Positions 38,102 to 48,358 of a stretch of DNA of 64,000 bases are shown in pieces. The notes beneath the pieces are model-generated. The model did no database searches. It saw only the letters and a program-made list of their open reading frames with translations, and was not told the DNA's origin. Numbering within the stretch: the stretch's first letter is position 1; each line of letters opens with the position of its first letter. The DNA comes from Bacteroidales bacterium (GTDB lineage: Bacteria > Bacteroidota > Bacteroidia > Bacteroidales > UBA4417), in NCBI GenBank assembly GCA_038213495.1, contig JBBQSY010000004.1, positions 3,478-67,477 on the forward strand. The letters run 5' to 3'. Both the position numbers and the translations under genes were made by a program.

Positions 38102-40906
38102 TTAATCCTCGTGTTGAAGATATTTATCCAGTAAAGGAATCAGGGAATCGGTCCGGATAGGTTTTGGTATAAAATCAACAAATCCTGCAGTAAGACTCTT
38201 TTCCCTTTCGTGTGGCAAGGCAAAAGCCGTATAGCTCAATACCGGTATATCGGGCCTGATTTCCAGTATTTCTTTTAAAGCCTCATACCCGGTTTTTACA
38301 GGTAATTGTATGTCCATTAAAATTAAGTCGATATCTTGTTCTGATTTCACGGTATCAATGGCAATCTGACCATTTATTGCATGCAGCAATCTCACTTCGC
38401 TTCGTTTAAGTAAAGCCTCCATAAGCAAATAATTCTGCATCATATCCTCTGCAATCAATATAGTTTTTCCTCTCCAGTTTATATTCTGCAGATCAGTTAT
38501 AATGTTTTTAACTGGCTGAAGTTTAACGGGTTTGTATGGAATTGTAAAATGGAATGATGAACCTTTTCCCGGATTCGATTCCATACCTATGTTCCCGCCC
38601 ATCAGGTCAACCAGGTTTTTTGAAATTGCCAGTCCCAAACCGGTTCCGCCATATTTACGGGTGGTACTGGGATCTAACTGGCTGAAGCGTTGAAATAAGA
38701 GCTTTTGCTTGCTCCGAAGTATGCCTATTCCACTGTCTTTTACAAAAAATGATAATGTTTCATTTTCAAGAGTATAGCCAAATTCAATAGTGCCAAATTC
38801 AGTAAATTTAAGTGCATTGCTCAGCAGATTAGTTAGAATTTGCTGCAACCTGATTGGGTCCGTCATTGATCTGATATGGTTTTCCTTATCGGGCAACATC
38901 AAATCCAGACTGATACCTTTTTTCCCTGAAACATTTTTTAACTCCTCGAAAGTACCACGTAAATCAATTAGAATCTGGTCAATGTCGCTTGACGATTCCG
39001 ATACTTTAAGTTGCCCCGCTTCAATTTTTGCAATATCGATGATGTCATTTATCAGGGCCATTAATGACCGGCCTGAGTTTTTAATTTTTGAAATGAAATC
39101 AACTTTATCTTCCGGGGTCAGGTCATCTTCTGCAAGTAAATCGGAAAATCCGATAATCGCATTCATAGGAGTCCTGATTTCGTGGCTCATATTGGCCAGA
39201 AAAGCAGTTTTAAGCCTGTCGGATTCCTCTGCTTTTTCTTTTGCGAGTATTAATCTCTGCCGGGTTTCTTCCATCTCAGTAATATCCCTGCTGATCCCTA
39301 TAATTCCCAAAAAGTTATTATCAGAATCGAAATAAGGAGTTTTAAGAGTATAATAAAGATATTTCTGGCCATTCGGATATTCAATCCATGTAGTACTTCT
39401 TTCAGGCTCAAGAGTTTGAATTATCAGCTTGTCGGATTTCAGGTATCCCGAAGCTTCTCTTTTTTGAAACAAGTCAAATTCAGACAATCCTATAATTTCA
39501 TCTGATTTTTTATTGATATATTTTTCAAATGCCTTATTACAGCCCAGAAACTTACTTTCGACATCTTTAAAGAAGATAAGATCCGGAATTGCATCGATCA
39601 TATATCTCAGGCGTGATTTTTCTGCCGAGAGTACTGCTTTCATCTTCTCTCTTTCATTAATCATATGGTTTGCAGCCTGCGCCAGGGTATCAAATTCCGA
39701 AAAAGCAAGTTTGGTCGAATCAATGAATTGCATGCCCTGTGCAGCTCTTTTAAAGAAATGGAGAAACGTCAGGATATTCGATTTAGCTTTCTGTGCATAG
39801 TAGCGCATTGTCAAATATGCTCCGAAAGTCAGTATTACCAGGAAGACAAAAAATCTGATCAGGTTTAAGAGGATATCTCTCCATAATTCTGCATACATTG
39901 CATTAATCACCGGATTTATATCGCTGGTAAAGAAACCTGTGCCAATAATCCAGTTCCAATCATTAATTCCGGAAAAGTAGGACGTTTTTTCGGCTCGCTC
40001 AAATTCAGGCTGATTACGCCAGAAATAAGTATAATAGCCACCTTCGCTGGTTTTAGAAAATTCGAGTTCTTTTACAAAAATATCTTTCCAGTTGGTCGCT
40101 TTGGAATTAAGGATGTTAATTGGTGGTGTCTGTCGTGTTCCTTTTGCCAGCATGGCAAAACCCTCATATGAATTGATGATTACATATTCATCGTTGCTGT
40201 ATTTAACCTTCGACAGTGAATCTAAAACCAGGTCCTGCAATATCAATTTACCCTGGTCCGTCTGGAATGTAATTCCGATCTGGTAATCTGACTTTGATGA
40301 ACTTTTAATAAGTAGATGAGTTACCTGAGATGATTTATTAACAGAGGATTTTCGGATCAGATTATAAACTTCATCAATATTTTCAATTTTATACAGTTTG
40401 CCAAACAGAGTGGAGGCTATGCCGGCTTTTTCATTTACAAAAGGGGATACCGGAAAAATAACCTCATTATCCTTGTTAAGAATGACGACTTTATTGACTG
40501 AGTACTTATTTAATTTGTCAAGTGAATCAACGAAAGCAACGGGCAAAGATCCTTTGCTGAAATGATTTGTATCGGAATATTTTACTAAAAGACTATCGGT
40601 ACTGCTGATCCTTTTTACTAATTGCTGTTTTATGTGTTCCTCAGGATGTGATTTAACCCAGTATATATAATCTTTAAGTACTAAAATTTTGGATTTTAAT
40701 TCATTGCGTTGTTTAATGGGGAACTCAGTTTTTAACTTTTCGACCTGCTGGTTGTATTTATGGATCTGTAGCCAGGAATAGTAGGCAATTATCGTACACA
40801 GACCAACCAGAAAGAATGCGATGGGATAGATATATAATATTTTAATCAGGCTGAGTTTTTTTTGCCTGTGTGCTTTACTTCCTATAATATTCTTTAATTT
40901 TTCCAT
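38102..40906 (-). CDS. hybrid sensor histidine kinase / response regulator with periplasmic sensor and PAS domain
   Basis: TM - large extracytoplasmic region - TM. A PAS-like segment (IPDLIFFKD...GIIGISRDITE) follows. H-box FLANMSHEIRTPMNAI, G-boxes GTGLGLAISK and a receiver domain (ILIAEDMM..., DLILMDIQLP) are present. The ORF track starts at a TTG (40927); the first ATG is at 40906. Confidence 0.9.
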   Translation of the reverse strand: MEKLKNIIGSKAHRQKKLSLIKILYIYPIAFFLVGLCTIIAYYSWLQIHKYNQQVEKLKTEFPIKQRNELKSKILVLKDYIYWVKSHPEEHIKQQLVKRISSTDSLLVKYSDTNHFSKGSLPVAFVDSLDKLNKYSVNKVVILNKDNEVIFPVSPFVNEKAGIASTLFGKLYKIENIDEVYNLIRKSSVNKSSQVTHLLIKSSSKSDYQIGITFQTDQGKLILQDLVLDSLSKVKYSNDEYVIINSYEGFAMLAKGTRQTPPINILNSKATNWKDIFVKELEFSKTSEGGYYTYFWRNQPEFERAEKTSYFSGINDWNWIIGTGFFTSDINPVINAMYAELWRDILLNLIRFFVFLVILTFGAYLTMRYYAQKAKSNILTFLHFFKRAAQGMQFIDSTKLAFSEFDTLAQAANHMINEREKMKAVLSAEKSRLRYMIDAIPDLIFFKDVESKFLGCNKAFEKYINKKSDEIIGLSEFDLFQKREASGYLKSDKLIIQTLEPERSTTWIEYPNGQKYLYYTLKTPYFDSDNNFLGIIGISRDITEMEETRQRLILAKEKAEESDRLKTAFLANMSHEIRTPMNAIIGFSDLLAEDDLTPEDKVDFISKIKNSGRSLMALINDIIDIAKIEAGQLKVSESSSDIDQILIDLRGTFEELKNVSGKKGISLDLMLPDKENHIRSMTDPIRLQQILTNLLSNALKFTEFGTIEFGYTLENETLSFFVKDSGIGILRSKQKLLFQRFSQLDPSTTRKYGGTGLGLAISKNLVDLMGGNIGMESNPGKGSSFHFTIPYKPVKLQPVKNIITDLQNINWRGKTILIAEDMMQNYLLMEALLKRSEVRLLHAINGQIAIDTVKSEQDIDLILMDIQLPVKTGYEALKEILEIRPDIPVLSYTAFALPHEREKSLTAGFVDFIPKPIRTDSLIPLLDKYLQHED

Positions 40907-41350
40907 TCTGTTCTGTATACACCCCAAATCGGGTAGTTTTCTTTAAATGGATAGTAATCAGTAGTTTGTATATTTCTACCGAGGTATTAGTTTGATTACG
41001 CGGTCAAAAATGATTGTTAAAGGAAAGAATTATTCTTTTTAGAACCGCAATTTATGTGTATAACTATCCTTATATTAATCCGGAATTTAATAAAATGTAA
41101 TACATCTTTTTCTGAAAAACAGAATCTTTTTTTTAGTACGTAAAATGTATTTATTTTAAAGTCTTAACTGCCAGTCTGATATACGATTGCAACTAAAATA
41201 AAGGGTAAATTTATTTTTCTATTTCATATGCCCCAAGTCTATGAGATATTTAAAATTCAGTAGGAATCTTCATTTCAGGCGATATTAATAGCATATCGTA
41301 TTGCCGGTTTTGTTATTTCAACTAAGTTTGTGGTTCTGAAAAATATTTCA

Positions 41351-42016
41351 ATGAAACCTGCAGATCATTTGTATGAGATCAAATCACTGGTTCCGGCCAG
41401 CGTTAAAATTGTTGCTGTGTCCAAAACCAAACCGGCCAGTGTAATAGAGGAACTTTATCAGGATTCGGGCCATAGGATTTTCGGCGAAAACAGAGTTCAG
41501 GAACTTGATGAAAAACAAAAGATTTTACCCCGGGATATTGAATGGCACCTTATCGGCCATTTGCAAACAAACAAAATCAAATATATTGCATCATATGTTA
41601 GTCTGATACAAAGTGTTGATAGTTTCAGGTTATTACGGGAGATTAACAAAGAAGCATTAAAATGCAACAGGATTATCCCATGCCTGCTACAGTTTCATAT
41701 CGCCCGTGAAGAAGAAAAATATGGTTTTACATTCGATGAGGCAAACCGTATGCTTGATGACAATCAATTCTATCAATTATCAAATATTTCGATAAGAGGA
41801 ATAATGGGAATTGCTACATATACAGATGATATTCAGCAGATATCATCGGAATTTAACGGATTAACCAGGAATTATAATTCATTGAAATCAAAGTATTTTG
41901 AAGCACAACCTGATTTTTGTGAGATATCAATGGGAATGACCAACGATTACTTATTGGCTGTTGACCAGGGAAGCACTATCGTCCGGATAGGTTCAGGTAT
42001 TTTTGGTAAGAGATAG
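41351..42016 (+). CDS. YggS family pyridoxal phosphate homeostasis protein
   Basis: VAVSKTKP holds the PLP-lysine. FGENRVQE, HLIGHLQTNK and SMGMTNDY are present. The ATG at 41351 is preferred over the GTG at 41330. Confidence 0.9.
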   Translation: MKPADHLYEIKSLVPASVKIVAVSKTKPASVIEELYQDSGHRIFGENRVQELDEKQKILPRDIEWHLIGHLQTNKIKYIASYVSLIQSVDSFRLLREINKEALKCNRIIPCLLQFHIAREEEKYGFTFDEANRMLDDNQFYQLSNISIRGIMGIATYTDDIQQISSEFNGLTRNYNSLKSKYFEAQPDFCEISMGMTNDYLLAVDQGSTIVRIGSGIFGKR

Positions 42017-42065
42017 CTTGGTAACCTGAATAAGCAAATGAATAAGTTATTATATCGTTTTCAGC

Positions 42066-43112
42066 CTAGTTCCAGCCATACCATCTGAAAGCATAATAAA
42101 CCAAAGCCGCAATCACCATCGATACGGGAATGGTCAGGATCCAGGCATACAAGAGATTTATAGTTACACCCCAGCGGACTGCGGTCACCCGTTTGGTAAG
42201 TCCGGTGCCCATAATAGCACCTGTAATAGTATGCGTTGTGCTTACCGGGATGCCAAATGCATCTGTTCCAAATAAAAGGATTGCTCCAGCAGTTTCAGCC
42301 GTTACCCCTTCGAAAGGAGTAAGTTTGGTTATTTTGGTCCCCATAGTTTTTACAATTCTCCATCCGCCCGACAGTGTTCCTGCACCAATAGCAACATAAC
42401 ATCCGAATACGACCCAATGGGGAATGGCATGGATTTGCCCTGCATCATTTAGTGTGATATGTGCCCAAGAAGGAATAGCAGAAGGATCTACACCATGAAA
42501 ATATACCATTAAAGTTGCTGCGATTATACCCATAACTTTCTGCGCATCATTTCCACCATGGCCCAGGCTGAATAAAGCAGATGACAGTAATTGAAGTTGC
42601 TTAAAGTATTTATCCAGAATATGAGGGTTTCCTTTCCGTAATAGGTTCAGTAACAGCACTGAAATAAAATAGGAAATAATCATTCCGAGAATCGGAGCAA
42701 GGAAAATAAAAGCAGCTATTTTAATGATTTTTTCCGAATGAACCACTCCCCAACCTGCATGAGCAATGGCCGCTCCTGCAAACCCACCTACAAGTGTATG
42801 CGACGAACTCGAAGGTATACCCAGGTACCATGTGAGAAGATTCCATAAAATTGCAGCAATTATGCCGGCAAGAATTACGTGGAGGGTAATGACATTGGTA
42901 TCAACAACTTTAGCTATTGTATCGGCAATCTTTAATTCGAAAATAGCATAGGCCAGAAAATTAAAAAATGCAGCCCACAAAACAGCCTGAAACGGTGTCA
43001 GAACTTTGGTTGAAACAATGGTTGCAATGGAATTTGCAGCGTCGTGAAAACCATTAATGAAATCGAACAGAAAAGCGAGTGAGATTATAACAATAAGGAG
43101 AGTAAAGTTCAT
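42066..43112 (-). CDS. inorganic phosphate transporter, PiT family
   Basis: GFHDAANSIAT and the second repeat GHGGNDAQK are the paired PHO4 signature motifs. The protein is polytopic. Confidence 0.9.
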   Translation of the reverse strand: MNFTLLIVIISLAFLFDFINGFHDAANSIATIVSTKVLTPFQAVLWAAFFNFLAYAIFELKIADTIAKVVDTNVITLHVILAGIIAAILWNLLTWYLGIPSSSSHTLVGGFAGAAIAHAGWGVVHSEKIIKIAAFIFLAPILGMIISYFISVLLLNLLRKGNPHILDKYFKQLQLLSSALFSLGHGGNDAQKVMGIIAATLMVYFHGVDPSAIPSWAHITLNDAGQIHAIPHWVVFGCYVAIGAGTLSGGWRIVKTMGTKITKLTPFEGVTAETAGAILLFGTDAFGIPVSTTHTITGAIMGTGLTKRVTAVRWGVTINLLYAWILTIPVSMVIAALVYYAFRWYGWN

Positions 43113-43214
43113 CTGCGTGGAATTAATCGGTAAAAATATTCTGATTACAGTAAAGTAACAATTGGTTTTCTGATAACTATCGACTTCTGATTATTAACCT
43201 ATAACGAATTTTGA

Positions 43215-43862
43215 TTACCCCATTTTTACTGCCAATGTTGAAAATACATTAGCAACATCATCACATTTATCAATTGCTTTCTCCAGTGCGGTCAAAATAT
43301 CGCGTTTCTTGATCAGATCAATTGCATTGATTTCATGCTCAAAGAGATTGGCAAGATACGACTGGTATATATCATCAACCTGGCTTTCCATGTCGCTGAT
43401 TTTTTCACAGGAGGCTGCATAATCCTTAAAATCATTTACATTTTTAACGCTTCTCAGTACAAACTGAATTTCCTTATTGGCCTGGTGTATAATATCGGCT
43501 ATCTGGACAAATTCTTCAGGAAATACGGCAAGTTTAAAAAAATCGATTCTCTTGGACGCTGCGTTAATGTAGTCCACAACCCCATCCATCTTGCTTACTA
43601 ACTCATGAATATCTTCCCTGTCGAAAGGTGTAATGAAGGTCCCGTTCAGTTCATCCATAAGTTTATGAGTCAGATCGTCACCGACATGTTCTGCATCTTT
43701 TATGGCTTTCATATAATCCTGTCTTTTATCCAGATCAGATTCTCTGATAAGTTTGATTAAAAGTTCAGAAGCCATAACAAGATTATCGGCAGCTTCGTTA
43801 AAAAGCGGGAAAAATTTGCGGTCCTTGGGAACCAGGAAACCAAATATTTTGTCTAGTTTCAT
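43215..43862 (-). CDS. DUF47 / PhoU-like phosphate transport regulator
   Basis: About 215 aa of helical protein with EHVGDDLTHKL and ALEKAIDKCDDVANV blocks. It lies immediately upstream of PiT, which is the classic pairing. Confidence 0.85.
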   Translation of the reverse strand: MKLDKIFGFLVPKDRKFFPLFNEAADNLVMASELLIKLIRESDLDKRQDYMKAIKDAEHVGDDLTHKLMDELNGTFITPFDREDIHELVSKMDGVVDYINAASKRIDFFKLAVFPEEFVQIADIIHQANKEIQFVLRSVKNVNDFKDYAASCEKISDMESQVDDIYQSYLANLFEHEINAIDLIKKRDILTALEKAIDKCDDVANVFSTLAVKMG

Positions 43863-44108
43863 TATAATTCAGAGATTAGTTTATGGATTTTAAAAGCTGC
43901 GAAATTAAAGAAAATTATGCTTTTTACATTGGTTAACTGAAAATGTTTTAAACATACAAACAAGTAAATAAAATCTGTATAAAATATATGGTAAATATAT
44001 AGATAAGCAGGTAATGCATGCTGTTTTGTTGGAATGGTTATTTTATAAAACGATAATTTTTTTATTTAATTTAACCTTCAGAATGATCAAAATCACTCTC
44101 CTGGAATT

Positions 44109-44127
44109 AATCCAAATAATTTGGATT
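44109..44127. promoter_or_regulatory. perfect 19-nt palindrome AATCCAAAT-A-ATTTGGATT (candidate operator)
   Basis: Verified base by base (9-1-9). A related half-site ATCTGGATT recurs at 44626-44634, next to AATCAGAT. Confidence 0.4.
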
Positions 44128-44359
44128 GTATATGGGTAGTAATATCTATATAATCCTGAACATATAATTTAAAACTGTATCTTTATTGAAAAATTGATCG
44201 GTTTTGGAACATGGAGTACTTTATTGGGAATAAATTGTAATTTGTTGCAAAAAGAGGACAGTTGTACCAAAATAAGAAAATCGATGTGCTAGGTTAGCGG
44301 CATAATAATACTGTTGTACATAGATTTACGTTTTATGGTACATTTATTGCTTTTCGCAG

Positions 44360-44376
44360 CGTAAACAATGTTTACG
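44360..44376. promoter_or_regulatory. perfect 17-nt palindrome CGTAAACA-A-TGTTTACG (candidate operator)
   Basis: Verified base by base (8-1-8). The 1-nt centre rules out a stable hairpin, which favours a dimeric-protein binding site. Confidence 0.4.
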
Positions 44377-45044
44377 GGAAACTGTTGTTTTAGTGTCTGA
44401 TTTAAATTTCGAAGTATTCTAAGCATAAAATAAAAGTTGGTATTGGAACAAATCACATGAACATCTTAAAATGTTTTTTGTTGGGAGAAATAACTCTTCC
44501 TGAAAATAATGATGCTTATTATGAAATTTATTTCAAATAAAAGATTGTCTGTTTCAGAACAAATTTAATTTTGTAAGAAGTATTGTATCTATGGCAAGAA
44601 AATATTGATAATCAGATGATTTGTAATCTGGATTGAAAATGTTTTTTTTGTTGGTTTTTTTATTCAGCGAAGTATCTTACTTTACATTGAAATAATATAT
44701 CATTTTATTAGTTACAATTTGATTATTTAAGGATTAATTATTTAAAAAGCAGCTTATTTAATCAATCATCACATTCTGACTAAATGTGACTGAGAAAGCG
44801 AAGCTGTATAAGTATTTAAAATAATAGTTGTAATATAATCGTTTAATTATACAAATTCAATTATGATGTTTATGGAAAAATCTCAATTTTATATATAATT
44901 CATTGAATGGCAGGTAGCCAGGATTCTTGCTTAGAGATTCATTTTAAAATTGATAGTAAATTACTAAAAATCAAAGCCAAATCAGAATAGTAGAATAATA
45001 GTTACATCAAGAACTCAAAATAAAACATCAAATACTCAGATAAC

Positions 45045-45827
45045 ATGTCACATATCAAAAAACACCTGAATTCAATTCTTGCAGTAATGCTACTTACCTT
45101 TTTAACTGGTTGTGTTACTCAAAGTGACCTGGAGTATATGCAGGTTAAAGATAATAACCTTAGGGCATACAACGAGGCGGATATAGCGGATTACAAGCTA
45201 AAAGTCAATGACGAGCTGTATATTCAAATTACGAGCCTGGACGAGGCGGCCAGTAATATCTTCTCAAATATGGGAGGGCAGCAGTCTATTAGTTCTGGTA
45301 CAATGCAACCTTACGGAGCTTCACTGATCTCTTATACAATTAATAAGAAAGGTGAATTGTTACTGCCGGTTATCGGCAATATAAATGTTGTGGATAAAAC
45401 AATAACACAGGTAAAACAGTTGATCAGAGATTCGCTGAATAATATCCTCAATCTGCCAATTGTAACAGTTAAGTTAGTCAACCGATACATATCCGTTCTC
45501 GGAGAAGTCAGAAATGCAGGACATTTTGCCTACGCCCAGGAAAAGCTAACCGTGTATGATGCATTGGCATTAGCCGGAGATATGACCATTTACAGTAACC
45601 GCAAAGAGGTTATACTGGCACGGAATGAAAAAGGTAAAAATATGCTTATCAAGTTAGATCTTACCAAGCCGGAAATACTTCAGTCGGAATATTATTACCT
45701 AAGGCCTAATGATATGGTTTATGTAAAGCCACTTCCAAAAAGGGTATGGGGAATGAGCCAATTCCCGTTTGCTTTATTCTTGTCCACCATATCAACTGCA
45801 TTATTGGTTTATACTGTTATTAAATAG
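45045..45827 (+). CDS. polysaccharide export outer-membrane lipoprotein (Wza/BexD family)
   Basis: Lipobox LTFLTGC. YKLKVNDELYIQI is the Poly_export motif. An SLBB-like segment follows (VSVLGEVRNAGHFAY...LTVYDALALAGD). Confidence 0.85.
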   Translation: MSHIKKHLNSILAVMLLTFLTGCVTQSDLEYMQVKDNNLRAYNEADIADYKLKVNDELYIQITSLDEAASNIFSNMGGQQSISSGTMQPYGASLISYTINKKGELLLPVIGNINVVDKTITQVKQLIRDSLNNILNLPIVTVKLVNRYISVLGEVRNAGHFAYAQEKLTVYDALALAGDMTIYSNRKEVILARNEKGKNMLIKLDLTKPEILQSEYYYLRPNDMVYVKPLPKRVWGMSQFPFALFLSTISTALLVYTVIK

Positions 45828-45853
45828 TTTCCTGGTTCCTTAATTTTACTACA

Positions 45854-48208
45854 ATGTCACAAAAGCAAAATGTTAACTTACAAGACGATAACGATCTGAA
45901 AAGAGCGTTAGAGCTGGTTGTCAGGAACTATAAATTATTCATTTTCAGTGTAATAGTTTGTCTGGGATTGGCCGTGCTTACTAACTATTTTTCGAAACCT
46001 GTTTACCAGATAACTTCTTCGATCTTAATTAAAGAGGATGGAACGAAGACCAGAAGCAATATGAATGATTTTCTCAATAGTAGTTTATTTGGCGAAAATC
46101 AGAATTTCCAAAACGAACTCTGGGTATTAAAATCTGTTCCAGTTATTCAGCAAACCATACAGAATTTAGATCTGGATGTAACCTATTACAAGGAACACCG
46201 GTTTAAAAATGTTGATGCATACAAAATAGCTCCATTCAGGGTTTTATTCTCAAAAGACCATGTTCAGCCTTTAAATGTTGAATTTAATATCACATTTCTG
46301 AAAGATGGTAGCTATCAATTGAAATCCGAAGGTAAAGATGTTAATTTTTATAACTTTCTGACAGAAGAATATAAATATAAGAAAGAGAACTGGTCGTTTG
46401 ATGGGTTTGGCAAAATTGGTAAATTAATCAAAAACAACGATCTGGCGTTCATAGTACAATTTGACAGTACACAGGTAATGCCACCGGAAGAAGCCAATCT
46501 GTATAGCTTTACATTTTCGTCTATTTCTACCTTAACCAACCAGTATAAAAACAGTTTCGATTTTAAAATTGTAGATAAAAAAGCTACCGTTATTGAAATA
46601 AATCTGTTTTCCGAATCAACCAGCAAAGGGAAAGATTTAGTTAATGAGTTGATGAGGGTTTATTCTCAACGTAATCTGGATCGCAAAAATCATATAGCAA
46701 AAATTACAATTGATTATATCGAAAAACAATTGAGTGAGATATCCGATTCATTAAGCATGACAGAAGATAATTTACAGCGGTTTCGATCATCAAACCAGTT
46801 GTTGGATGTTTCACAGCAGGCGGAGGGAATTTCGGTTCAATATATGAACCTGGGGAACCAAAGAGCCGAATTAGTGGCAAAAAAACGATATTATGATTAT
46901 GTTGCTGATTACCTGGCTAAAAATAACGAATTCGATCAAATAATGGTTCCAGCTTCAATGGGAATTAATGATCAGATATTGACAACACTTATGTCAGGAC
47001 TGATAGCTGCCCAGGCTCAACGGTCGAACCTGATTGCAAATAATCAGGAAAGAAATCCGCTTATTAAAAAACTCGATATTCAGATAGAAAACACCAAGAA
47101 AACCATTACAGAGAATATCTCATCAGTCAGACAAACTACCGAGATTTCGATTGACGAAATGAACAAACGAATTTCCAAAATCGAGGCACAAATCAGTAAT
47201 ATCCCCAAAACAGAAAGACAACTAGGCGGAATTGAACGTAAATATCGTTTAAATGATGCAATCTATAACTACTTATTAGAAAAACGTGCTGAAGCAAAAA
47301 TAACAAAGGCCTCTAATCTTCCTGATGATGATATACTTGAAGATGCAAGTGTTTCCGGGCCTGTTTCGCCGAATCCGGTAAAGAATTATTTAATTGCTCT
47401 GGTTTTAGGGATTGGTCTTCCTTTTGGGTTCATTTTATTTAAGAAAGCATTAAATACTAAAATTGAATCGCAGGATGCTATAGAAAGGATTACTGAATAC
47501 CCGGTTCTTGGTAAGATCCTTCACAACTATAAAAAAACGGATAATGTTGTTTTTGAATTCCCTTTATCTACTATAGCTGAATCGTACCGGACCCTTAGAA
47601 CAAATCTGGATTACTACATCAAAGGGGGAGGCCACAATAAGGTTATAATGGTAACTTCAAGTATTCAGGGGGAAGGGAAATCATTTAATTCGTTGAATAT
47701 AGCTATGAGCTATGCTCAACTTGGGCGGAAAACAATATTACTTGATTTCGATTTAAGAAAGAAGACCAACTATTTTAACAATAATGATGAACAACTGGTT
47801 GGGATGAGTTCGTTTCTTACCCATAAAGCTACACTTGAAGAAATAATTAAGAAATCTCCGCACGAGAAACTAGATTACATAAGTTCGGGACCGGTTCCGC
47901 ATAATCCGGCTGAATTGCTTGCCCTTGATGAAACCCAGGAAATGATAAAATTATTAAAGGGTAAGTATGATTATGTAATTCTGGATACTCCGCCTTTGGC
48001 CCAGGTTACTGATGGCTTTTTGATTATGGAAAATGCTGATCTTAAGGTTATTGTCGCAAGATATAACTATTCAAAAAAATCCGTCTTATCAATAGTTATG
48101 AAAGATTTGAAACAGAAGAACACTGATAACGTGTGTATCGTCTTGAATGACAACCGTATAAGCCGTGATCAGTACGGATACGGATATGGTTACAATAAGA
48201 AAAAGTAG
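45854..48208 (+). CDS. polysaccharide co-polymerase / tyrosine autokinase (Wzc/GumC type)
   Basis: Wzz-like N-terminal domain with two TM segments and coiled coils. Walker A SSIQGEGKS, Walker A' ILLDFDLRK and Walker B VILDTPP are present. The C-terminal Tyr cluster is QYGYGYGYNKKK. Confidence 0.9.
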   Translation: MSQKQNVNLQDDNDLKRALELVVRNYKLFIFSVIVCLGLAVLTNYFSKPVYQITSSILIKEDGTKTRSNMNDFLNSSLFGENQNFQNELWVLKSVPVIQQTIQNLDLDVTYYKEHRFKNVDAYKIAPFRVLFSKDHVQPLNVEFNITFLKDGSYQLKSEGKDVNFYNFLTEEYKYKKENWSFDGFGKIGKLIKNNDLAFIVQFDSTQVMPPEEANLYSFTFSSISTLTNQYKNSFDFKIVDKKATVIEINLFSESTSKGKDLVNELMRVYSQRNLDRKNHIAKITIDYIEKQLSEISDSLSMTEDNLQRFRSSNQLLDVSQQAEGISVQYMNLGNQRAELVAKKRYYDYVADYLAKNNEFDQIMVPASMGINDQILTTLMSGLIAAQAQRSNLIANNQERNPLIKKLDIQIENTKKTITENISSVRQTTEISIDEMNKRISKIEAQISNIPKTERQLGGIERKYRLNDAIYNYLLEKRAEAKITKASNLPDDDILEDASVSGPVSPNPVKNYLIALVLGIGLPFGFILFKKALNTKIESQDAIERITEYPVLGKILHNYKKTDNVVFEFPLSTIAESYRTLRTNLDYYIKGGGHNKVIMVTSSIQGEGKSFNSLNIAMSYAQLGRKTILLDFDLRKKTNYFNNNDEQLVGMSSFLTHKATLEEIIKKSPHEKLDYISSGPVPHNPAELLALDETQEMIKLLKGKYDYVILDTPPLAQVTDGFLIMENADLKVIVARYNYSKKSVLSIVMKDLKQKNTDNVCIVLNDNRISRDQYGYGYGYNKKK

Positions 48209-48225
48209 ATTCAACAAGTATGATT

Positions 48226-48250
48226 AATCAGAGTAAAATAATCTGATTTT
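48226..48250 (+). terminator. AT-rich hairpin after the tyrosine autokinase gene
   Basis: AATCAGA-gtaaaataa-TCTGATT followed by TT, 18 nt after the stop. The stem is weak. Confidence 0.3.
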
Positions 48251-48358
48251 CTAAGAGATTGAAGTGCAAATTGTTATATACTGTAAGTGAGCATATAACC
48301 AAGACGTATTAAAAGCATACATAATCCACAATACATACTATATTAAAAGAAATAAATA

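Noticed and set aside
40907-40927. TTG-initiated N-terminal extension (MGCIQNR) of the histidine kinase.
   Set aside because: An ATG seven codons downstream (40906) gives MEKLKNIIG... before the first TM segment. Either start is possible, and ATG is preferred without further evidence.
44469-44700. Two mini-ORFs both starting AAAATG-TTT-TTT (MFFVGRNNSS*, MFFLLVFLFSEVSYFTLK*) in the 1.18-kb spacer.
   Set aside because: The shared start reflects the repeated T-rich DNA motif. The peptides are otherwise unrelated and very short, and I cannot support coding from sequence alone.
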